Below are positions 26,508 through 39,830 of a DNA stretch of 64,000 nt, piece after piece. Position numbers and translations under genes: made by a program. Position 1 is the stretch's first letter. Every line of letters starts with the position of its first letter. Location: NCBI GenBank assembly GCA_963828485.1, contig CAWHEV010000009.1:135318-199317 (forward strand), written 5' to 3'. The notes beneath the pieces are model-generated. The model was not told where the DNA came from. It saw only the letters and a list, made by a program, of their open reading frames with translations, and did no database searches. The DNA is from an uncultured Chloroflexia bacterium (GTDB taxonomy: Bacteria > Chloroflexota > Limnocylindria > QHBO01).

Positions 26508-28030
26508 CGGTCACCATTCAATTCCTCGGCGCCGCAGGCTGCGTGACCGGGTCGCAGTTCCTGGTCAGCGCCGGGTCGCGCAGCGTCCTCGTCGATTGCG
26601 GCATGTTCCAGGGGTCGCCCGAGGAGACCGAGCGCAACCGGATGGCGTTCGCCTTCGACGTCTCGACCCTCGACGCGGCCCTGCTGACCCACGCGCACCT
26701 CGACCACTGTGGGCGGATCCCCGCTCTCACCCGCGCCGGGTTCCGCGGGCCGATCCACGCCACCGCCGCCACCGCCGACCTCGCCGAGATCGTGCTGCGC
26801 GACTCGGCCAAGCTGCAGGTCGAGTGGACCCGGCGATGGAACCGCCATCACGCCGCGAAGGCCGAGGAGAAGGCGGCCGACGTCGAGTCGGAGGCGGTGG
26901 CCACGGACACCGAGACCGACGACGAGACCCTCCCCGAGCGCATCCGGCGCGCGCCGCCCGAGGGGCGCACGGAGACCCGCGAGCCGCTCTACGACGATCG
27001 AGACGTCGATCAGGTCATGGAGCAGATGCGCGGCACGCCGTACGGCGCCGAGGTCGCAGTGACCGATGGCATCTCGGCCGTGTTCCATGACGCGGGCCAC
27101 ATCCTCGGCTCGGCGATCATCGAGCTGCGCGTCGCCGATGCTCAGGGTGCGCTCACGATCGTCTTCTCCGGCGACCTGGGGCGCAACGACACGCCCATCC
27201 TTCGCGATCCGACGCCGATCGCCCACGCCGACTTCGTGCTGGTCGAGTCCACGTACGGCAACCGCGAGCACGGCCCGCACGAGACGGCGATCGAAGAGCT
27301 GGCGGCCACGATCAACGAGGTGGCCACGGATCGCGGCGTCCTCCTGGTGCCGGCGTTCGCGATCGGCCGCACGCAGGAGGTGATCTGGGTCCTCGACGAT
27401 CTCGTCCGCGATGGGCGCATCCCGCAGGTCCCGCTCTTCCTCGACTCGCCCATGGCGTCGCGAGCCACGCAGGTCTACTACGACCACCCCGAGACGTACG
27501 ACGCCGAGACCGGCGAGCTGCTGCGCGCGGGTGAGTCACCGCTTCGCTACCCGGCCCAGCAGTTCACCGATACCGTCGAGGAGTCCAAGGCGATCAGGCT
27601 CGCCAACCGGCCGATCATGGTGGTCGCGTCGTCGGGGATGCTGACCGGGGGCAGGGTCATGCATCACCTCAAGGACTTCCTGCCCGATGCGGCGTGCACC
27701 CTCCTCTTCATCGGCTACCAGGGGGAGGGCACCCTGGGTCGCCACATCCAGGATGGCGGCAAGACGGCTCGAATCGACGGCCAGGAGTTCCCCGTGCGCT
27801 GCCGCGTGCGCACGATCAGCGGCTTCTCGGCGCACGCCGACCAGCACGAGCTCGAGGCCTGGCTCGGTCACTTCGGCAAGGCCGGCGCCCGCGAGAACGG
27901 GAGGCCGAAGACCGTGTACATCGTCCACGGCGACCCGGACGCGGCCGAGGCGTTCGCCACGAGGATTCGCAGCGAGATGGGGCTCGAGGCGCACGTGCCG
28001 CGCCACCGCGAGGTCGTCACGCTGTCGTGA
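26504..28030 (+). CDS. MBL-fold metallo-hydrolase, beta-CASP RNA-metabolising family (RNase J/CPSF-like)
   Basis: 508 aa with HxHxDH (THAHLDHCG), beta-CASP motifs and the C-terminal RNA-specificity region (GFSAHADQHEL). Confidence 0.82.
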   Translation: MTVTIQFLGAAGCVTGSQFLVSAGSRSVLVDCGMFQGSPEETERNRMAFAFDVSTLDAALLTHAHLDHCGRIPALTRAGFRGPIHATAATADLAEIVLRDSAKLQVEWTRRWNRHHAAKAEEKAADVESEAVATDTETDDETLPERIRRAPPEGRTETREPLYDDRDVDQVMEQMRGTPYGAEVAVTDGISAVFHDAGHILGSAIIELRVADAQGALTIVFSGDLGRNDTPILRDPTPIAHADFVLVESTYGNREHGPHETAIEELAATINEVATDRGVLLVPAFAIGRTQEVIWVLDDLVRDGRIPQVPLFLDSPMASRATQVYYDHPETYDAETGELLRAGESPLRYPAQQFTDTVEESKAIRLANRPIMVVASSGMLTGGRVMHHLKDFLPDAACTLLFIGYQGEGTLGRHIQDGGKTARIDGQEFPVRCRVRTISGFSAHADQHELEAWLGHFGKAGARENGRPKTVYIVHGDPDAAEAFATRIRSEMGLEAHVPRHREVVTLS

Positions 28031-28035
28031 GCGCA

Positions 28036-28857
28036 ATGCCGGAGAGGCGCCCGGTGATCGGCTTCCTGACCGACTTCGGGCTCGACGGCGCGGCGGCGGC
28101 GTGCAAGGGGGTGATCCTGGGCATCTGCCGCGATGCGCAGATCGTCGACGTGTCCCACACCACCCGGAAGTTCGCGATCGGCGACGGCGCCTTCGTGCTC
28201 CGGGCCGCGCTGCCGTTCATGCCGATCGGCTTCCACGTCGCCGTCGTCGACCCCGGCGTCGGCACGTCCCGACGCGCCATCGCCATCCGCGCCGGGCGGG
28301 GCGACATCCTCGTCGGACCTGACAACGGGCTGCTCCTTCCCGCGGCCGATGCGCTCGGCGGCGTCGCCTCGGCACGGGAGCTGACGAACCGAGCACTCTG
28401 GCTGCCGACGACGACGGACACGTTCCACGGCAGAGACATCTTCTCGCCGGTCGCCGCCCACCTGGCGGCCGGCGACGCCGAGTTCGAAGCGGTCGGGCCG
28501 GAGGTCGCCGCGAGCGACCTCGTCCGGCTGCCCGAATCCATGGCGAGCGCGACGCCGGGCCGGCTGGAGACACGCGTCACGTACGTGGACAGCTTCGGGA
28601 ACCTGCGCCTGGCGGGCGGCGCGTCGGAGCTGGAGGCCGCATTCGGCCGGACGGCGCCCGGCGACCAGATGCGAGTCGCGATCGGCGAGAGGGGCGAGGA
28701 AGCCCTCTTCGTGCGGACGTTCGGGGATGCTCCGCCGGGGTCGATGCTGCTCTACGTCGACTCGTCGGGAGACCTCGCTCTCGCCATCGACCGTTCGGAC
28801 CTAGCGGCACGCACCGACGCAGCCCCGGGCACCACGGTGACGATCGAGCGGGGCTGA
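28036..28857 (+). CDS. SAM hydroxide adenosyltransferase family protein (DUF62; SalL/FlA-like SAM hydrolase)
   Basis: 273 aa with the GFLTDFG N-terminus, VDPGVGT and GPDNGLL motifs. Its ATG lies 5 nt after the MBL gene stop. Confidence 0.8.
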   Translation: MPERRPVIGFLTDFGLDGAAAACKGVILGICRDAQIVDVSHTTRKFAIGDGAFVLRAALPFMPIGFHVAVVDPGVGTSRRAIAIRAGRGDILVGPDNGLLLPAADALGGVASARELTNRALWLPTTTDTFHGRDIFSPVAAHLAAGDAEFEAVGPEVAASDLVRLPESMASATPGRLETRVTYVDSFGNLRLAGGASELEAAFGRTAPGDQMRVAIGERGEEALFVRTFGDAPPGSMLLYVDSSGDLALAIDRSDLAARTDAAPGTTVTIERG

Positions 28858-28921
28858 CCGAGGCACTTCTCCGACCGGATACACTCTCGGTCACTCGATA
28901 CCACGAAGGAGCGGCTCCTCG

Positions 28922-29920
28922 ATGTCCACCATGACCCGAGCGACCCTGGCCATTGCCGGCATTGCCCTCGTCACGATCCTGGTCATCTACTTCGTCTTCC
29001 GGCCCGACGAGGGCGGCACCGGCGCATCGCCCAGTGCGTCGGCGGCGGCGAGTTCGAGCGCCGCCGCGAGCGTGGCCGCGAGCGTGGCAGCCAGCGCCGC
29101 CCCTTCGCCATCCGAAGCCGCCGCCGCGTGCGTTCCGGAGAGCCTCGCCACGAAGACGCCGGGCACGTTCACCGTGGGCACGGACAACCCCGCCTTCCCG
29201 CCGTATTTCAGCGAGCCGGAAGAGGGCGAGACCGCCACCGATCCGTGGGAGTTCGGCGACCCGACCAACGGGCGCGGCTTCGAGAGCGCGATCGCGTATG
29301 CCCTGGCCGAACAGCTTGGCTACGCCGAGGACCAGGTCACCTGGATCCCGGTGCCGTTCAACAACTCGATCGCCCCGGGACCCAAGGATTTCGACGTGTA
29401 CCTGGCGCAGGTCTCCTTCACCGAGGAGCGCACGCAGGCCGTCGACCTCAGCGAGGGATACTTCTTCAGCAACCAGGCGCTGGTCACCACGGCTGGCTCC
29501 CCGCTGGCCGATGCGACGACCCTGGCCGAGGTCGCCGAATTCCAGCTCGGCGCTGCCGGTAACACGACGAGCCTGACCTACATCCAGGAGCGGATCCAGC
29601 CGACTGCGGAGGCGCGGGTCTACGAGGACAACACCGGGGTGAAGTCAGCCATCGAGGCCGGGCAGATCGACGGTGCGGTGTTCGACCTCGCAACGGCCTT
29701 CTACATCGTGAACGTCGAGATGGAGGACGGCGTCGTCGTCGGCCAGTTCCCGTCCGACCCCGTGGACCAGGAGCACTTCAGCTTCGTGCTCGACCTCGAC
29801 AGCCCGCTCACCGACTGCGTCGACGAGGCGATCCTGACGATGGGCGAGAACGGTGAGCTCGACTCGATCGCGGCGGAGTGGCTCTCCGACTTCCTCGACG
29901 CGCCACAGATCACCGAATAG
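28922..29920 (+). CDS. amino-acid ABC transporter substrate-binding protein (family 3) with N-terminal TM anchor and Ala/Ser linker
   Basis: 332 aa: TM helix, a 12-bp tandem-repeat-encoded AASVAASVAAS linker, then an SBP_bac_3-like domain. Confidence 0.8.
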   Translation: MSTMTRATLAIAGIALVTILVIYFVFRPDEGGTGASPSASAAASSSAAASVAASVAASAAPSPSEAAAACVPESLATKTPGTFTVGTDNPAFPPYFSEPEEGETATDPWEFGDPTNGRGFESAIAYALAEQLGYAEDQVTWIPVPFNNSIAPGPKDFDVYLAQVSFTEERTQAVDLSEGYFFSNQALVTTAGSPLADATTLAEVAEFQLGAAGNTTSLTYIQERIQPTAEARVYEDNTGVKSAIEAGQIDGAVFDLATAFYIVNVEMEDGVVVGQFPSDPVDQEHFSFVLDLDSPLTDCVDEAILTMGENGELDSIAAEWLSDFLDAPQITE

Positions 29921-29930
29921 CGCCGCGGCC

Positions 29931-30851
29931 GTGAGCGGGCCGCTCAACCAGCTCACACCGGAGCCGCCGCCGGCGGCAGTGGGCCGCTCGCGGCCCCGCA
30001 TTCGCACGCGCGGCGGCGCGCTGCTCGTCGCCGCGATCTCGACCGCCGTCGTCTTCGCCGTGCTCGGCGTGATCATCGTGAACGCGCCCGGATGGGAGCG
30101 CGTGAAGGACGCGTTCTTCGACTGGGACAACTTCAGCGAGTCGGCGCCCGGGATCATCGGCAAGTTCTGGGTGAACGTTGCCCTCTTCATGACCGCTGAG
30201 GCACTGATCCTGATCTTCGGCCTCGTCCTGGCCGTGATGCGAAGCCTGCCCGGACCGGTCCTGTTTCCGCTCCGGCTCCTGGCGACCATCTACGTCGACC
30301 TGTTCCGTGCCCTCCCCGGCATCCTGGTCATCTTCGTCCTGGGCTTCGGCATCCCGGGCCTGCGTCTCCCCGGCGTGCCGAATGACCCCTTCTTCTGGGC
30401 CATCGTCGCGCTGACGCTGCTCTACTCGGCCTACGTCTCCGAGGTGTACCGGGCCGGGATCGACTCGATCCATCCCAGCCAGGCGGCCGCCGCCCGGTCG
30501 CTCGGCATGTCCCAGGTCCAGGCGCTCCGGCATGTCGTCCTTCCGCAGGCGGTGCGCCGGGTGATCCCTCCGCTGCTCAACGACTTCATCGGGCTCCAGA
30601 AGGACACGGTGCTCGCCTCGTTCATCGGCGTGGTGGAGATCTTCCGCCAGACGGTGATCCGTCAGCAGGCGACCTTCAACTACACGCCGTTCCTCGTCAC
30701 CGCCCTCGTCTTCCTGGTCCTGACGATTCCGCTGGCCCGATTCACCGACTGGCTGGTGGCTCGCGAGCGTGACCGGCGATACGCGGCATCGGTCCGCGCC
30801 GCCGGATCGAGCGCGCGCCGCGGGCGCATGTTCGGCGGATCCGGATCGTGA
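29931..30851 (+). CDS. amino-acid ABC transporter permease (HisM/GlnP type)
   Basis: Start at GTG 29931, in frame with ORF 29853..30851. EAA-like loop present (ARSLGMSQVQALRHVVLPQA). GTGA overlap with the ATPase gene. Confidence 0.8.
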   Translation: MSGPLNQLTPEPPPAAVGRSRPRIRTRGGALLVAAISTAVVFAVLGVIIVNAPGWERVKDAFFDWDNFSESAPGIIGKFWVNVALFMTAEALILIFGLVLAVMRSLPGPVLFPLRLLATIYVDLFRALPGILVIFVLGFGIPGLRLPGVPNDPFFWAIVALTLLYSAYVSEVYRAGIDSIHPSQAAAARSLGMSQVQALRHVVLPQAVRRVIPPLLNDFIGLQKDTVLASFIGVVEIFRQTVIRQQATFNYTPFLVTALVFLVLTIPLARFTDWLVARERDRRYAASVRAAGSSARRGRMFGGSGS

Positions 30852-31609
30852 CGTCGCCGGTGATCGCCGATGCGCTCATCGTCGAAGGTCTCCAGAAATC
30901 CTTCGGCGAGCTGCCCGTGCTGCGCGGCATCGACCTGCGCATGGCCGAGCACGAGATCGTCTGCGTCATCGGTGCGTCGGGCTCGGGCAAGTCCACACTC
31001 CTGCGCTGCATCAACCTCACCGAGCCCATCGACGCCGGCCGAATCGTCGTCGAAGGCGAGGAGATCACGGCCGAGGGCGTCGACGTCGATCGCATCCGGC
31101 GGCGGATCGGGATGGTGTTCCAGTCCTACAACCTCTTCCCGCATATGTCGGTGCTCGACAACGTGGCCCTCGCCCCGCGCCGCGTCCTCCGGCGCAGCCG
31201 AGCCGAGGCGGAGCAGGCGGCGACCTCGCTCCTCGAACAGTTCGGGCTGGCGGACAAGCGCAACGACTATCCCGACCGCCTCTCCGGAGGCCAGCAGCAG
31301 CGGGTGGCCATCGTGCGGGCGCTCGCCATGGACCCGGACCTCCTGCTCCTCGACGAGGTCACCAGCGCGCTCGACCCGGAGCTCATCGGTGAGGTCCTCA
31401 ACGTGATTCGCGACCTGGCGACCCAGGGCATGACGATGCTGATCGCCACCCACGAGATGGGGTTCGCCCGCGAGCTCGCCTCGCGAGTGGCGTTCATCGA
31501 CGACGGTCGGATCCTGGAGGAGGGGCCTCCGGACCACATCTTCGGCGATCCGACCCAGCCGCGGACGCGCGAATTCCTGCAGCGGATCATCGACGCCAGA
31601 CGCCTCTGA
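30848..31609 (+). CDS. amino-acid ABC transporter ATP-binding protein (GlnQ-like)
   Basis: 253 aa with Walker A (GASGSGKST), signature LSGGQQQRV and Walker B (LLLDE). Confidence 0.88.
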   Translation: MTSPVIADALIVEGLQKSFGELPVLRGIDLRMAEHEIVCVIGASGSGKSTLLRCINLTEPIDAGRIVVEGEEITAEGVDVDRIRRRIGMVFQSYNLFPHMSVLDNVALAPRRVLRRSRAEAEQAATSLLEQFGLADKRNDYPDRLSGGQQQRVAIVRALAMDPDLLLLDEVTSALDPELIGEVLNVIRDLATQGMTMLIATHEMGFARELASRVAFIDDGRILEEGPPDHIFGDPTQPRTREFLQRIIDARRL

Positions 31610-31682
31610 AAGCCGTCGCACGTCGATGTGGACCGGATGTTGATAACTCGTCAACGAAACGGCAAAGACGTGGAGAAACCCC

Positions 31683-31712
31683 TTGGCGCCGTGGACGTGG
31701 GTCCCCTACAGT
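31683..31712 (+). promoter_or_regulatory. candidate sigma-70-type promoter (TTGGCG-18-TACAGT) for the 31824 gene
   Basis: Hexamers TTGGCG (31683-31688) and TACAGT (31707-31712) with an 18-nt spacer, in a locally lower-GC intergenic stretch. This predicts a ~105-nt 5' UTR. Confidence 0.35.
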
Positions 31713-31823
31713 AGTTCTTGTCCCGGAGGAGTCCGTGGATCTGGAGATTGCATCAAGAGATCCCGTGGTTCCTTCGGGACGTTTCTTTGTGCCCGGGCCA
31801 TCCCCACCAAGTAGAGTCGTGGT

Positions 31824-32873
31824 GTGAGCGATCAGGCGACTCCACCGCCTCCGCGACGGCGCACCCAGGCCTCAGGCGGCCCGCCCGCGCCCTGGCCGAT
31901 GATCATCGGCGTCGGCCTCCTCGCCATCCTGGCTGCGGTCATGGCATTCCTCGTCTTCGGCGGTGATGGGGACGCCAGCTCGTCACCGAGCCCGAGCGCA
32001 TCGGCCTCGGCCAGCGCTGCTCAGAGCGCGTCGGCAAGCGCATCCGCCGACGCGACTCCGCCTGCGTCCGTTCTACCCGGTCCCTCCGCGTCGGCAGGAC
32101 CCACTCCCACCCCGGTCTCCCTGGAGCTCGACTCGATCGTCGCCACGACCGTGAGCGACCTCTCGGTGCGCGATGAGCCTTCCACGGAGTCCACGCGCCT
32201 CGGCAGCCTCGAGCAGGGCACCCCCGCCTTCGTCGCCGGCGGACCGGTCGATGCGGGCGGCTACCGCTGGTACCTGCTCTCCGGCCTCGGGCTGCCGCCG
32301 AACAGCGGCTGCGCGGGACCCATTGAGAACGATCCCTTCACCTGCCCGGTCTGGTTCGGCTGGGTCGCCGCAGCCGATCCGGATGGTGCGCCGTGGCTCA
32401 CCGACGATGCCGGGGATGCGGACGAGTGCGCGGCGACGCCGATCGAGTTCGAGGAGATCGTGATCGGCGTGACCGACCTGATGCGCCTTCACTGCTTCGG
32501 GTCTGATCCGTTCACGTTCCGAGGGTGGTGGCCGGAGTCCCCGGACGGCGGCGGGGCGGCGTGCGCGTCACAGGATGCGCCGAGCGGCTGGCTCATCTGC
32601 CAGCAGACGAACGAGAACCTCGTGACGATCGGTGAGGACGAGGCCTCAGAGGGCATCGGTCTCAAGGTGTCCATCGACGCCGCCTCGGGCGTCACGATGC
32701 CTGAGCGCGGCACATGGCTGGAGCTCACCGTCCATCTCGACGACCCCGCGGCGCAGGAGTGTGGGGATGACGCGCAGGGGGCCGACGCGGAGGAGCGAAC
32801 TCCAGAGCAGATCATCCTCTTCTGCCGCGGCCAGATGGTGGTCGAGACGGTGACCGCGGTCGACGGGCCGTAG
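31824..32873 (+). CDS. membrane-anchored Cys-rich protein of unknown function (Ser/Ala/Pro linker)
   Basis: 349 aa with a GTG start, an N-terminal TM (MIIGVGLLAILAAVMAFLVF), a low-complexity SPSPSASASASAAQSASASASA linker, and an extracytoplasmic domain with 8 Cys. Confidence 0.6.
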   Translation: MSDQATPPPPRRRTQASGGPPAPWPMIIGVGLLAILAAVMAFLVFGGDGDASSSPSPSASASASAAQSASASASADATPPASVLPGPSASAGPTPTPVSLELDSIVATTVSDLSVRDEPSTESTRLGSLEQGTPAFVAGGPVDAGGYRWYLLSGLGLPPNSGCAGPIENDPFTCPVWFGWVAAADPDGAPWLTDDAGDADECAATPIEFEEIVIGVTDLMRLHCFGSDPFTFRGWWPESPDGGGAACASQDAPSGWLICQQTNENLVTIGEDEASEGIGLKVSIDAASGVTMPERGTWLELTVHLDDPAAQECGDDAQGADAEERTPEQIILFCRGQMVVETVTAVDGP

Positions 32874-32874
32874 C

Positions 32875-37305
<4,431 letters not shown>

Positions 37306-37375
37306 GGGCCGTCCACTCTATCGGTCACCCAGCATGGCGCCGATTCAGGCCACGTCCTGTCAGGTTTGTCCCGGC

Positions 37376-37885
37376 TCAGCCGCGCCGCGCCGCCTGGGCC
37401 ATGGCCACGACGAGCCCGCCAACGATCCCGATCGCGGCTCCGGCGATGGCGGCCTGCCGCAGCCCGAGCACCACCCGTGCACCCGGCTGGACCTCGATCC
37501 GCGGCGCAAGGGCCAGGCCGATGATGCCGCCGCTGCCGGCGCGGACCTCCCGGCCGACGGCAACGCCGATCCCGCCCTGCTCAACACTCACCGCTCCGAT
37601 CGTCAGGAGGCTGCCGACGCCTCCCTGGCTGATCGACGCGTCGCCGGCCGTGATGAGGGTGCCGCCGCCGCCCTGCTGGATCCGCAGATCGCCGCCGGCG
37701 ATGAACGCCCTCCCGCCGCCCTGGGTGAGCGCGACGTTGCCATCTGCCAGCACCAAGCCCACCCCGGCGACACTGACCTCGACGTCCTTGCCGCGGATCA
37801 CCCCGACCGCGCTCTGCTCGACGCGCAGGTGCTGGGCCTCGGCCGATACCTTCCTCTTCGCCGTCCTCGTCACGTTCTCGACCAT
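37376..37885 (-). CDS. beta-helical repeat protein (bactofilin-like) with C-terminal hydrophobic segment
   Basis: 169 aa with five to six ~16-17-residue repeats, each ending in QGGxG (e.g. ALTQGGGRAFIAGGDLRI, QQGGGGTLITAGDASI, SQGGVGSLLTIGAVSV). The C-terminus AAIGIVGGLVVAMAQAA is hydrophobic. Confidence 0.5.
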   Translation of the reverse strand: MVENVTRTAKRKVSAEAQHLRVEQSAVGVIRGKDVEVSVAGVGLVLADGNVALTQGGGRAFIAGGDLRIQQGGGGTLITAGDASISQGGVGSLLTIGAVSVEQGGIGVAVGREVRAGSGGIIGLALAPRIEVQPGARVVLGLRQAAIAGAAIGIVGGLVVAMAQAARRG

Positions 37886-38026
37886 CCCGAACTCCTCTGG
37901 TGCCGTGTGTACCCAACAGCGTCGCGCATCTCGGACCGCGGCGCCACCACCCGAGGCGTGTGCAGGTGCCGAATGGCCTCCCGATGCGCCGCCCGGTCCT
38001 CCCGGCGGCCCCTACGCGCGATTGGC

Positions 38027-38224
38027 CTATGCCTGGGGAGGCGGCTCGCGCCTGGGCGGCCAGAGCAGGGCGATGAGGAGCCCGATCAGGCCGAAGCCGA
38101 CCATGAACCCGATGAAGGTCCAGTTGCCGAGCACCGCGATGCTCAGGAAGATGAGCATCATCACCAGCCCGAGGCCGAAGATGAGGCCGCCGATGAGGCC
38201 CCGGAACGGATGGCGGATGGTCAT
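38027..38224 (-). CDS. small two-TM membrane protein
   Basis: 65 aa, highly hydrophobic (GLIGGLIFGLGLVMMLIFLSIAVL...FIGFMVGFGLIGLLIALLW). 4-nt overlap with the upstream secreted-protein gene. Confidence 0.5.
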   Translation of the reverse strand: MTIRHPFRGLIGGLIFGLGLVMMLIFLSIAVLGNWTFIGFMVGFGLIGLLIALLWPPRREPPPQA

Positions 38225-38925
38225 CGTCGCTCCTCCGGCGGCAGGTCGGACGACTCAACCGGCCGCACCTCGGTGTCGTCGGTCGGCGCCGCGCTGCGGG
38301 TCGGTTGCTGGCTCGGGGGTGGAGACGGCGTAGCCGGTGCTTGTGCACCTGCCACCGGCGCAAGCGTCACGGTCGTCGCGCGCGACGACCAGATCAGGAG
38401 CAGGCCGACGAGGGCGATCGCGAAGGCGATCCAGAACGGGATCGTGGCGAGCGGGTTCCCATTCAGCTTGAACCAGCCACTGCCATCGCAGTGCGTGCCT
38501 CCGTCGCCGTTGATCTGGCCGGAGACGAAGTAGAGCCCGGTGAACTCGAACGGGGCGTTCTGGCTGACGCCCGTCGAGCCGGTCGCCGTGGTCACGCCAC
38601 CCTCGTTCGGATCGCCACCCATCAGTGGCGTCGGCACGTTGAAGACCGAGACGCCCCAGGAGTGATTCATGAACACCTGCTCGCCCGAGCTCCCGCTCCA
38701 GAAGACCTCGCCCTCCCAGTCGATCAGGAACGGGTCGTCCTGGCTTCCACCCTCACCGCCGTCCGGTCCGCCGATCGCGGTGTCGAGCTGTGCCCCGGAT
38801 GCATCGGTGGATGCGATCTCGAGCGTGCAGCCCCCGTTCAGCTCGAAGGCGGCGGCGGGTGTGGCGAGGGCCAGGGTGATCAGGCCGGCGACGGCCACGG
38901 CGCGGGAAACGCGGGCGAGTCGCAT
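38221..38925 (-). CDS. secreted/membrane-anchored hypothetical protein (signal peptide, C-terminal TM, Pro-rich tail)
   Basis: 234 aa: signal peptide (AVAVAGLITLALATPAAA), a Gly/Ser/Asp-rich extracytoplasmic domain, a C-terminal TM (IPFWIAFAIALVGLLLIW) and a Pro-rich tail. Confidence 0.55.
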   Translation of the reverse strand: MRLARVSRAVAVAGLITLALATPAAAFELNGGCTLEIASTDASGAQLDTAIGGPDGGEGGSQDDPFLIDWEGEVFWSGSSGEQVFMNHSWGVSVFNVPTPLMGGDPNEGGVTTATGSTGVSQNAPFEFTGLYFVSGQINGDGGTHCDGSGWFKLNGNPLATIPFWIAFAIALVGLLLIWSSRATTVTLAPVAGAQAPATPSPPPSQQPTRSAAPTDDTEVRPVESSDLPPEERR

Positions 38926-39058
38926 CTGGGGTCCTCGTGCGCGCGGATCGGCAGCAGGCGCGGGCTAGCGTACACCAGCCTCTCGAGCCGACGGGGCGCT
39001 GATCGGCCGCAAGTCGACCAAGCCCTTGTGCGCCGTGGCGATGCCTCCGCCAGGCGCG

Positions 39059-39757
39059 CTACGGCGCGACGGGTCGGAAGGCCACGCAGCAGAACCCCTC
39101 TTGCGGATCGGAGACCGGCTGGTAGGCCAGTCGGGGGCCGATCGCCTCGGCCATGCCCTCGGCCATCGCGAGGTTCATGGTGCACACGAGGGACCGATGC
39201 TCGTCGACGAGGGCGTGGAACGGACAGTTGCGCAGGCGGATCGTCCGCGACCCTCGCTCGACGACCGGCTCGTAGCCGTGGTCCTCCAGCGCAGTGCGCA
39301 GCTGTGTCGTCGGAGATCGGCGACGAAGGCGCCGCGTCGTCTCATCGCCGAGGCGGCGCCCGGCCGCACGGCCGGCTTCGGTGGCTGCCACCTCTGCCGC
39401 CGGCGGGCTGTGCTCGATGGCCTCGGCGAGGGTACGCGCGGCGAGCTCATACCGGCGCTCCGGCAGGCTCACGCTCAGCTCGTCGTCGCCACGCCAGTAG
39501 ATCCGCGCCGGCCGCCCGGCCCCCGGACCGCGACGCTCGTTGATGCGACGGTACGAAGCCTGGAGGAGGCCGCCATCGGCCAGGCGATCAAGATGAAACG
39601 TCGCGAGCGGCTGGGTGATCCCGAGGGCTCCCGCTGTTTCGGCACGACCGACCGCCCGATGCTGGGCGACGACCCACTCGTACACGCGGCGTCTCATCGG
39701 CTCCGCCAGGAGCGCGACGGCGGCGATGGGAGTTCGATCCAAAAGCTCAGTCGACAT
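39059..39757 (-). CDS. winged-helix (ArsR/MarR-like) transcriptional regulator with C-terminal domain
   Basis: HTH region RVYEWVVAQHRAVGRAETAGALGITQPLATFHLDRLADGGLL. Start taken at ATG (MSTELLD...) at 39755-39757. A TAGACT -10-like hexamer lies ~10 nt upstream of that ATG, so the transcript may be leaderless. Confidence 0.7.
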   Translation of the reverse strand: MSTELLDRTPIAAVALLAEPMRRRVYEWVVAQHRAVGRAETAGALGITQPLATFHLDRLADGGLLQASYRRINERRGPGAGRPARIYWRGDDELSVSLPERRYELAARTLAEAIEHSPPAAEVAATEAGRAAGRRLGDETTRRLRRRSPTTQLRTALEDHGYEPVVERGSRTIRLRNCPFHALVDEHRSLVCTMNLAMAEGMAEAIGPRLAYQPVSDPQEGFCCVAFRPVAP

Positions 39758-39795
39758 GGTGCCGGAGTCTATCACGGGGGTCCGCTGCCGAAACA

Positions 39796-39824
39796 TTGAC
39801 ACCCGATCCGTGCTCTTGTATCAA
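39796..39824 (+). promoter_or_regulatory. strong sigma-70-like promoter (TTGACA-17-TATCAA), apparently leaderless, for the 39831 gene
   Basis: TTGACA at 39796-39801, a 17-nt spacer, TATCAA at 39819-39824, and ATG at 39831, only 6 nt past the -10 element. Divergent from the regulator gene. Confidence 0.5.
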
Positions 39825-39830
39825 TAGTCT

